This document shows, in pieces, positions 18,584 to 24,491 of a stretch of 64,000 nucleotides of DNA. The translations under genes were made by a program, and so were the position numbers. The DNA is from an uncultured virus (IMG/VR IMGVR_UViG_3300042868_003000) (lineage: Duplodnaviria > Heunggongvirae > Uroviricota > Caudoviricetes). The number at the start of each line of letters is the position of its first letter. Position 1 is the first letter of the stretch. The notes below the pieces were generated by a model. The model was not told the DNA's origin and searched no databases. It was given only the letters and a program-made list of their open reading frames with translations. Location of the stretch: IMG/VR virus record IMGVR_UViG_3300042868_003000, one strand, 5' to 3'.

Positions 18584-18658
18584 TGGCGGTCCCAAGGGGT
18601 AACGATCCCCTTCTTTCAGCGTGACAGGCTGATGTGCGTCCATGAACACTTTAAGACC
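18584..18658 (-). tRNA. tRNA-Asp (GUC)
   Basis: Loop CTGTCAC; variant T loop ATCGTTA; G73-CCA. Confidence 0.88.
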
Positions 18659-18660
18659 AA

Positions 18661-18851
18661 ATTAGGATAAGCTACTTGTTTCCACACAAGCCCTTAATTG
18701 AGAAGTTACTCTGTCCATCCCTTTTATTCTAATGTCTGTGTGCAGAGGGAACTGCCTATCAGAGCCTGAGATTTCTCTCGCTAACGGTTTTCTGCCACCG
18801 GATCTCTATCGCTAATCAAACGCTACTTTAACGAAAAGTAGTAACGGGATT
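18661..18851 (-). ncRNA. Unidentified structured RNA B (about 190 nt)
   Basis: Spacer between tRNA-Tyr and tRNA-Asp with hairpins CTACTTT/AAAGTAG, CGGT/ACCG, GAGA-GAAA-TCTC, GCAG/CTGC, CTTGT/ACAAG and long-range ATCCC/GGGAT, GTTACT/AGTAAC. Confidence 0.6.
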
Positions 18852-18936
18852 TGGTGGAGACAGTAAGATTCGAACCTACTCACCCGAAGGAACAGATTTA
18901 CAGTCTGCCGCAACTCTCCCACTTTGCCGTGTCTCC
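18852..18936 (-). tRNA. tRNA-Tyr (GUA)
   Basis: Loop CTGTAAA, long variable arm, CCA. Confidence 0.92.
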
Positions 18937-18945
18937 AAATTTTTT

Positions 18946-19019
18946 TGGTAGGGGTACAGAGAATCGAACTCTGGTTAATAGGTTAAAAGCCTACTACTTT
19001 ACCACTAAGTTATACCCCC
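18946..19019 (-). tRNA. tRNA-Lys (UUU)
   Basis: Loop CTTTTAA, CCA. Confidence 0.92.
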
Positions 19020-19024
19020 ATAAC

Positions 19025-19151
19025 TACCATTTGTTTTGCTGACGCACTATTTGCTATGCTCAACGGATTTAGCTGCAGCATTACCGTTTATATACATAGT
19101 TAGTTAGAGTTGACGTTTACTCAAGCGCTTACGTCAACAAAACAAATGGTA
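19025..19151 (-). ncRNA. Structured element C closed by a 20-bp terminal stem
   Basis: TACCATTTGTTTTGTTGACG pairs with CGTCAGCAAAACAAATGGTA; internal branched hairpins. Confidence 0.55.
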
Positions 19152-19221
19152 CTCCGTACCAGAATCGAACTGGTCTTTCCGCCTTGAAAGGGCAGCGTCC
19201 TAACCGATAGACGAACGGAGC
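19147..19221 (-). tRNA. tRNA-Glu (UUC)
   Basis: Loop CTTTCAA, CCA. Confidence 0.92.
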
Positions 19222-19232
19222 ATTAACTACAA

Positions 19233-19331
19233 CAAATTTTTAAAGAACGTTTGATTGATTTCTCAATTCATAGATGAAGTATAACACAACCATGAATCAT
19301 TGTCAACCAGTACTGTTGTATTTCTACAACA
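19233..19331 (-). promoter_or_regulatory. Operator palindrome + sigma70 promoter + rrn-type boxA (module 2)
   Basis: TGTTGT-N6-ACAACA (19314-19331); TTGACA-17-TATACT (19278-19306); GTTCTTTAAAAATTTG (19233-19248). Confidence 0.8.
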
Positions 19332-19335
19332 TGTT

Positions 19336-19411
19336 TGGAGTAGGTGACAGGAATCGAACCTGCATGTAACAGATTTGCAATCTGCTCCCTAGCCTTTCGG
19401 GTCACACCTAC
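19336..19411 (-). tRNA. tRNA-Cys (GCA)
   Basis: Loop TTGCAAA, U73-CCA. Confidence 0.92.
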
Positions 19412-19623
19412 ATATTTCTTCGTTTCATCCAAGTGTAATCAACTCCATCAGGACACTTTCCGTCCTTGATAGTATCAACACCGAATTTACCTACAAATTC
19501 CATTTCGTCATTGGTGATGGTTACAAACTTGCCGTAACCTTTTGCAAAATTCATTGCATCTTCCAATGTTGGACTTGCATTTAATATTATTCCATTTTCA
19601 ATTTTAATTTTCCACATAATCAT
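19408..19623 (-). CDS. Small hypothetical protein inside the tRNA array
   Basis: 71 aa ORF filling the spacer; GKFGVD...PDG..YTWMKRR C-terminus. Confidence 0.65.
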   Translation of the reverse strand: MIMWKIKIENGIILNASPTLEDAMNFAKGYGKFVTITNDEMEFVGKFGVDTIKDGKCPDGVDYTWMKRRNM

Positions 19624-19631
19624 CTTTCATT

Positions 19632-19723
19632 TGGTACCAGCGGAGGGAATCAAACCCTCTCAAGAACGCTAATCTGGCGCTAAAAGTCTTATAAGGACTC
19701 TCTGACTGTCAAGTCTCGCTGGC
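19632..19723 (-). tRNA. Atypical tRNA with UAU anticodon (Ile), compact D arm and long variable arm
   Basis: GCCAGCG/CGCTGGT acceptor; GACT-TGAC-AGTC D arm; loop CTTATAA; AGCGC/GCGTT variable hairpin; CCA. Confidence 0.75.
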
Positions 19724-19729
19724 ATGTTT

Positions 19730-19817
19730 TGGCAGAAGGTATCGGATTCGAACCGATGCGCCGCTTTCGCAACGACAGTTTAGCAAACTGCTCCCTTAAC
19801 CACTCGGGCAACCTTCT
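19730..19817 (-). tRNA. tRNA-Ser (GCU)
   Basis: Loop TTGCTAA, long variable arm, G73-CCA. Confidence 0.93.
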
Positions 19818-19822
19818 ATGTT

Positions 19823-19914
19823 TGGCGGAAGACGGAGGAGTCGAACCCCATCCCATTTCTGAGAACCTGGTTTTCAAGGCCAGTCGCAGGACCAACCCCG
19901 CTGCATCATCTTCC
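19823..19914 (-). tRNA. tRNA-Ser (UGA) with 8/4 acceptor/T-stem fold
   Basis: GGAAGATG/CGTCTTCC 8 bp; GGGG/CCTC 4-bp T stem; loop CTTGAAA; long variable arm. Confidence 0.85.
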
Positions 19915-19987
19915 ATATAGAAACACACTGGATAACCACCATACTTCCGGGTCTTACGCCGGCTATGTCTCTCAATGTGCTTTTATA
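19915..19987 (-). ncRNA. Hairpin element D between tRNA-Gln and tRNA-Ser
   Basis: About 15-bp closing stem TATAAAAGCACATTG/CAGTGTGTTTCTATA enclosing CATA/TATG and CCGG/CCGG helices. Confidence 0.45.
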
Positions 19988-20061
19988 TGGCTGGGGTACC
20001 TTGAATCGAACAAGGACCTACGGATTCAAAGTCCGCAGCACTGCCACTATGCTATACCCCA
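19988..20061 (-). tRNA. tRNA-Gln (UUG)
   Basis: Loop CTTTGAA, U1:A72, G73-CCA. Confidence 0.93.
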
Positions 20062-20072
20062 ATAAACTACGA

Positions 20073-20148
20073 CAAATTTTTAAAGAACAGTGTGTATTGT
20101 ATATCAGATTCGATGACCTGGCAACCACTGTGTTGTATTGAAACAACA
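20073..20148 (-). promoter_or_regulatory. Operator palindrome + sigma70 promoter + rrn-type boxA (module 1)
   Basis: TGTTGT-N6-ACAACA (20131-20148); TTGCCA-17-TACAAT (20096-20124); TGTTCTTTAAAAATTTG (20073-20089). Confidence 0.78.
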
Positions 20149-20151
20149 AAC

Positions 20152-20184
20152 AAAAAACCCTAGATTTTTTAGGTCTAGGGTCTT
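20152..20184 (-). terminator. Intrinsic terminator (attenuator) downstream of the leader ORF
   Basis: Minus strand AAGACCCTAGA-cctaaaaaa-TCTAGGG followed by TTTTTT. Confidence 0.85.
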
Positions 20185-20215
20185 GTGTTTGGAGTCTTTT
20201 TTTAGAACTTATGTA

Positions 20216-20326
20216 TTAGTTCTCTCTCTTTACACAAAACCCAGTCGGCGCCCATGAGCTATCACCACAATTAATTGTGCGATACTCTGGCTGTAACGTA
20301 AAGGATATGTGTTTAAAATTTGTCAT
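20216..20326 (-). CDS. Putative attenuator leader peptide containing all 20 amino acids
   Basis: MTNFKHISFTLQPEYRTINCGDSSWAPTGFCVKREN*; ATG 7 nt from the -10 box (leaderless); codons 29-32 complementary to the terminator 5' arm. Confidence 0.75.
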   Translation of the reverse strand: MTNFKHISFTLQPEYRTINCGDSSWAPTGFCVKREN

Positions 20327-20332
20327 AGTGTT

Positions 20333-20361
20333 ATTATATAGGAACTTTTATGTCTTGGCAA
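20333..20361 (-). promoter_or_regulatory. Sigma70 promoter of the leader-peptide transcript
   Basis: TTGCCA-17-TATAAT, then 6 nt to the ATG. Confidence 0.8.
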
Positions 20362-20374
20362 GCGGTTTTTAAAA

Positions 20375-20908
20375 TTATTTTTTAAATCCGTAAAAAAATA
20401 ATTCGGGAGTCTTATTTGTTTCAAACTTGTAGGTATGAAACATACTATCCATATCAAAGTTTTTACGAAAATCTTCTTCTGTAAGATTACTGTAATATTC
20501 CCAACCTTTTGCAATGGTTAAAGGACTATCATTTGGTGCTTTATTGGATGTACCATGTTCAGGATAACCTGTTGTTGGTACTACGATAAAAACTAATCCA
20601 TCTTTTTTGGTCATACGATACATGTTTTGAAATGTTTCTATCCAATGTGGATTGTGTTCAAAACAATTACAAGAACCTGTGGTGTCATATGTGCCATCTG
20701 CATGGTCGACAAGCTGGCCTTCGCAAACCAAATCAACATCTTTACCCGCATCCACATCAACACCAACATATTCACAATTTGTAAAATGAGTTCTCATTGT
20801 ACCGTTGATGTTTAAACTTCCAACCTCCAGCATCTTTATGTTGTTAAAATTTTGTGGAAATTCGTTTGATAATTTTTTAACAAATTCTTGTTGAGTTGGA
20901 TGCGACAT
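20375..20908 (-). CDS. Class I SAM-dependent methyltransferase
   Basis: MLEVGSLNING, YVGVD and CFEH motifs. Confidence 0.8.
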   Translation of the reverse strand: MSHPTQQEFVKKLSNEFPQNFNNIKMLEVGSLNINGTMRTHFTNCEYVGVDVDAGKDVDLVCEGQLVDHADGTYDTTGSCNCFEHNPHWIETFQNMYRMTKKDGLVFIVVPTTGYPEHGTSNKAPNDSPLTIAKGWEYYSNLTEEDFRKNFDMDSMFHTYKFETNKTPELFFYGFKK

Positions 20909-20912
20909 ATTT

Positions 20913-21422
20913 TTATTCTTTTTTCCATGCAATCGGATTATAATTTATTGGACCGGATGGATCAACAAAGTCGGAGAACGTTTCCCACAAGTGTTCAGAT
21001 ATAGCAAACTTCGTAAGTAGTCCTGGTTCACGGCCGTAAGCATCTATCTCCCATGGCTGAACCCAATAATCTATTTTGTCTGGATCAACCCGTTTACCTC
21101 TCCATCGGGTCAACTCATCATTCGTTTCACCATCAATGTATTGTTTCACATGAACCATTTCATGTGCCAAAGTTTCCAGTATTCTTCTGGATCCAATATT
21201 TGGATTAATTTCTATTAGGAATTGTCTAGGTAGTTTTTTTGTATTATAATCTTCAATACTAGCAAAACCATATTCAGTTATTTTGGTACAAAATTTAATT
21301 TCTGTTATACAATTATTTCTTATTCGTGTATTTGGTATCAATTCTTTAGCGAAGAATTGGGCTGCTCTTTCAACAAAGGGCTTAAAATCTTTGTCTGGAC
21401 AGTTAACCACACGAATAATCAT
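20913..21422 (-). CDS. HExxH zinc metalloprotease-like protein
   Basis: TLAHEMVHVKQ and PWEIDAY motifs. Confidence 0.75.
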   Translation of the reverse strand: MIIRVVNCPDKDFKPFVERAAQFFAKELIPNTRIRNNCITEIKFCTKITEYGFASIEDYNTKKLPRQFLIEINPNIGSRRILETLAHEMVHVKQYIDGETNDELTRWRGKRVDPDKIDYWVQPWEIDAYGREPGLLTKFAISEHLWETFSDFVDPSGPINYNPIAWKKE

Positions 21423-21466
21423 CCTGGTCTCCTAAGGGCACAATTACCCTCAGTTATTTAGGAGTA

Positions 21467-21940
21467 TTAGATTTTTTCCACCCAAACGGCTGCTTTTTGT
21501 AGGAATTGGATACCATCATCACTCCGATAAGAGTTCCGATATAGAACACTGCTAATACCACTTTGGTAGATAAGTTTGGCACAGTCCAAACATGGAGCGT
21601 GGGTGATAAACATAGTAGCACCCATACCAGATTCGGTAGACTTTGCCAACTTAGCGATTGCATTTGTTTCCGCATGAAGCACCTCTGGTTTGGTTTTAAG
21701 TTTATATTTTTTCCATGTATCTGATTCTTTTGGTAACTGTTGTTCTAAACAATCACCATCATCACAATAGATTTTATCTTCACAGTTGTTATCCCAACCA
21801 GAAGGCATACCATTATAACCAATACTTATGATGCGGTCGTCCTTTACTACAATAGCACCAACATGAAGTCTACGAGCCGAGGACAATGCTGCAAATGTCT
21901 CGGCCACTTTCATATATGCATTACGAAATTTATCTTTCAC
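21467..21940 (-). CDS. cd: dCMP deaminase
   Basis: GYNG, HAETNAI and PCLDC motifs. Confidence 0.92.
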   Translation of the reverse strand: MKDKFRNAYMKVAETFAALSSARRLHVGAIVVKDDRIISIGYNGMPSGWDNNCEDKIYCDDGDCLEQQLPKESDTWKKYKLKTKPEVLHAETNAIAKLAKSTESGMGATMFITHAPCLDCAKLIYQSGISSVLYRNSYRSDDGIQFLQKAAVWVEKI

Positions 21941-22065
21941 AGGACCTCGTAGTCTTCTTTACCACAATCACATTCTGGACAAGTGAAATCATCTGGTAAT
22001 GTATCCCATGCGCCTTCTTTTTCATCATCGTGGACATGGCCACAAACCACACATACATGATCCAT
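21937..22065 (-). CDS. Rubredoxin (not in ORF track)
   Basis: MDHVCVVCGHVHD...WDTLPDDFTCPECDCGKEDYEVL: two CxxC motifs; coupled to rubrerythrin. Confidence 0.9.
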   Translation of the reverse strand: MDHVCVVCGHVHDDEKEGAWDTLPDDFTCPECDCGKEDYEVL

Positions 22066-22514
22066 TATAGTTTCTCCAATACTTGTTGATATGCAGCTGC
22101 ATGACGTTTCTCAATCTTAGCCAATGCTGCAAATTTCTTCTCTGCCTTAGCAAGAACTGCACGGAATTCTTCCGCATGTGTGTGACTTTCTGCAATTTGG
22201 TGTGCAGCTTCACGTTCTGCTTCTTTGTTACCTTCTATCTCTGCATCCTTTTTCATATTAGGATACATTGTAGTAAACTCATATGTTTCACCTTCGATGG
22301 CCATTTCAAGGCATTCTTTGGTAGTTGGTTTACCAATCAACAACTCAAGGTGACCCCATGCATGGAGTAATTCTTGGTCAGCGGTGTGCCAAAAATGTTT
22401 GGCAATTTCCTCATGACCTTCTTCCATAGCAATCTTTGCAAAGTAACGATACTTGATGTGCGCTTGGCTTTCTCCAGCCAATGCAGCCTCAAGGTTTTTA
22501 ATTGTAATAGACAT
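22065..22514 (-). CDS. Rubrerythrin (ferritin-like domain only)
   Basis: NLEAALAGESQA..KY..FA, ExxH pairs (ELLH, ESHTH), GETYE...MYP. Confidence 0.9.
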   Translation of the reverse strand: MSITIKNLEAALAGESQAHIKYRYFAKIAMEEGHEEIAKHFWHTADQELLHAWGHLELLIGKPTTKECLEMAIEGETYEFTTMYPNMKKDAEIEGNKEAEREAAHQIAESHTHAEEFRAVLAKAEKKFAALAKIEKRHAAAYQQVLEKL

Positions 22515-22532
22515 GATACTCCTTAATAAAAA

Positions 22533-22607
22533 TGGTGGGCCGACTAGGAATTGAACCTAGACTCAATGAATTATGAGTTCACTGCTTTACCATTAAGCTA
22601 TCGGCCC
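22533..22607 (-). tRNA. tRNA with CAU anticodon, probably Ile2 (lysidine type)
   Basis: GGGCCGA acceptor, loop CTCATAA, CCA; Ile2 versus Met is inferred. Confidence 0.85.
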
Positions 22608-22790
22608 TTATTTGATATATTCTAATGATTCTTTCCGCATTAATTTAGGCGTTTCCCTAATACCAATGTTTTTGATTACGTAAACGAATTGTACCCCATC
22701 AATCTCTTTAGTCTCTGGTGAACAAACGTAGTAATTCTCCAACGTGGTTTTTACACGTACTTTTTTGATGTATTGTTTTTCAGTTTTCAT
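22608..22790 (-). CDS. Small hypothetical protein
   Basis: 60 aa ORF directly after a promoter. Confidence 0.6.
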   Translation of the reverse strand: MKTEKQYIKKVRVKTTLENYYVCSPETKEIDGVQFVYVIKNIGIRETPKLMRKESLEYIK

Positions 22791-22799
22791 AATGTCTCA

Positions 22800-22836
22800 A
22801 TTATACAATAAAAAAAGGGGTCTGTCAAGACCCCTT
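22800..22836 (-). promoter_or_regulatory. Overlapping intrinsic terminator and sigma70 promoter
   Basis: Hairpin GGGGTC-TTGACA-GACCCC followed by a T run; TTGACA-17-TATAAT. Confidence 0.8.
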
Positions 22837-22843
22837 GTGGTAA

Positions 22844-22927
22844 TTATCTACCTTTAAGGCCGGGTCCCGACCTGTGTTGTTTGATAGCCTCTATGGCCTC
22901 AAGTATACTTGTAAATAATTTTTTCAT
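22844..22927 (-). CDS. Possible 27-aa peptide
   Basis: MKKLFTSILEAIEAIKQHRSGPGLKGR; starts 1 nt after the upstream stop. Confidence 0.4.
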   Translation of the reverse strand: MKKLFTSILEAIEAIKQHRSGPGLKGR

Positions 22928-22928
22928 T

Positions 22929-23084
22929 TTAGTACCTATTTTGAGTTATATGAAAATGATAATCACGGGTGAAGCGCTCAATGTCGCCCTCATTTTGAGG
23001 ATTTCTACTGGTGATATATGATTCTAAATTGTTTCCATAATCACCACTTATACGTTTAAGTAAAGAGGTAATTATTTGAATCAT
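22929..23084 (-). CDS. Small protein, DUF3563-like (not in ORF track)
   Basis: 51 aa MIQIITSLLKRISG...LESYITSRNPQNEGDIERFTRDY; ATGA coupling to the hsp20 stop. Confidence 0.55.
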   Translation of the reverse strand: MIQIITSLLKRISGDYGNNLESYITSRNPQNEGDIERFTRDYHFHITQNRY

Positions 23085-23533
23085 TTTTCTACCGTTTCCT
23101 TTATAGAAATTTTCTTAATGGCGTCTTGTGCTTTGACCATGTTTTCTAGCCAAATTTTCAACATACCATTCATCAATTCTGCATCTTTAATTTCTACTTT
23201 GTCTGCGAGAGTGAAGGTACGTTCAAATGCACGGTTGGCAATGCCTTTGTACAAATATTCTTCTTCATCTGCGTCTTTTGTTGCAGCTTTGATTACTAGT
23301 TTATTTCCTTCCAAAGTCATCTCAATGTCAGACTTAGCAAAACCAGCAACAGCCATTTCAATGACGTACTTGTTTTCTTTTACCTGTTTGATGTTGTATG
23401 GAGGATAAGATACGGCTTTAGATGCAGCCGCTGCAGCTTCACGCATGAGGTCCATTGTGTCATTGAAACCTACAGTGAAAGGTTGGATTTTACCAAAGTC
23501 AGAACCGAAAAAATCTTTCATAAGATTTGTCAT
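23081..23533 (-). CDS. Small heat shock protein (Hsp20/IbpA)
   Basis: YPPYNI, IEMAVAGF, YLYKGIANRAF.RTFTL, NGML. Confidence 0.95.
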   Translation of the reverse strand: MTNLMKDFFGSDFGKIQPFTVGFNDTMDLMREAAAAASKAVSYPPYNIKQVKENKYVIEMAVAGFAKSDIEMTLEGNKLVIKAATKDADEEEYLYKGIANRAFERTFTLADKVEIKDAELMNGMLKIWLENMVKAQDAIKKISIKETVEK

Positions 23534-23700
23534 AGTTTTCTCCTAAAAGCGAGATTAAAAAATTGATACCCCGAAGGCGTATCGGTTAGGTACTGGTTAC
23601 GTTATCCAGTGACAGTGCGTCTGTCCGTTTTAATACGCTCCTAAGGTAGGTGGAGCACCTTTTTCCCATCCCGAATGGGACCATTATATCAGTATTTATA
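23534..23700 (-). promoter_or_regulatory. T4 late promoter and multi-hairpin 5' leader of hsp20
   Basis: TATAAATA at 23693-23700 followed by five hairpins and CTCGCT..AGGAG RBS. Confidence 0.6.
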
Positions 23701-23707
23701 CTAGTTG

Positions 23708-24115
23708 TCAAGAACCGTTCGGTTTTTTACCAATATTATACTTTGGTGTAAGTTGCCAATCGTTCTTTTCCTTGTGTGACAATATTTTAATCTGTGACAA
23801 GAAAATAGGTGGTGGCACCTCGGTTTGTTTTTTATTGACTAACTTTACCAAGCCCCAATCTTCCAATAGGTTTGCAATAGCATTCCTGCGTGATAGGTCG
23901 TTTTCGGTAATGTCTGTTGTTTTGCCATCTAAGGCAAATAGTTCTTTGAAATGTACCACGTAGTATTGACCACGTTTGTGGAGTATGTGGCAAGATTGGT
24001 ATAATGTTTGGTCTTTCTTGGAGGCGACACCAATACGGGTCAGTGTCTCACGTACCTTTAAAAAATCATCTTTGTCATCCAATGTCACTTCAACTAAATC
24101 TTTAATGTCTATCAT
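23708..24115 (-). CDS. regA: Translational repressor RegA
   Basis: DDFLKVRETLTRIG, LYQSCHILHKRG.YY.VHFKELF. Confidence 0.96.
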   Translation of the reverse strand: MIDIKDLVEVTLDDKDDFLKVRETLTRIGVASKKDQTLYQSCHILHKRGQYYVVHFKELFALDGKTTDITENDLSRRNAIANLLEDWGLVKLVNKKQTEVPPPIFLSQIKILSHKEKNDWQLTPKYNIGKKPNGS

Positions 24116-24491
24116 TATTCTTCACTCCGCCTGTATCTATTTTTGTTTTTATATCAGCGATTTGTTCATCAGTAAGAATACGTAGGGCCTCTTTGGCCTT
24201 GGCATTAGAATAACCAAAATAGGTCTTCACACACTCAATATCCTTATCAAAATCGGCCTTCTGCCATGGAACGAATTTACGTTTCATAGGCCTGATACTA
24301 TTTAGAAGATACTGGTATTGCATGTCTTTATCAATACCTGGCCACAAGTTCATGTCATTGACATACAAGACACAATCTAAGTGGTTGGAGAGAGACCTAT
24401 TGATTAAGAAAGGTGCATAATCTTTGTAGTCCAATTCACCATCCGGCACCTTCTTTCTCAGGATGTAATCGGCATAGTCGAACGGACTCAT
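24102..24491 (-). CDS. 62: Clamp loader small subunit gp62
   Basis: Y.PFLINRSLS and YFGYS..KAKEAL; synteny 44-62-regA. Confidence 0.9.
   Translation of the reverse strand: MSPFDYADYILRKKVPDGELDYKDYAPFLINRSLSNHLDCVLYVNDMNLWPGIDKDMQYQYLLNSIRPMKRKFVPWQKADFDKDIECVKTYFGYSNAKAKEALRILTDEQIADIKTKIDTGGVKNNDRH

Noticed and set aside
18661..18851. RNase P RNA or glycine riboswitch
   Set aside because: GAGAAATCTCAGGCTC is only loosely similar; the RNase P P4 pairing cannot be formed
19823..19914. Selenocysteine tRNA (selC)
   Set aside because: Ends resemble selC but the loop is CTTGAAA (anticodon UGA = Ser), and no sel genes are in the window
17967..19928. ORF-track calls overlapping tRNAs (17967-18320, 18000-18182, 18851-19042, 19689-19928, 19729-19920)
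   Set aside because: Chance frames through GC-richer tRNA genes with no RBS or protein motifs
20323..20514. 63-aa ORF from the track upstream of the leader
   Set aside because: Alternate frame overlapping the methyltransferase end and the leader promoter, without RBS; its stop overlaps the leader ATG, so translational coupling is not fully excluded
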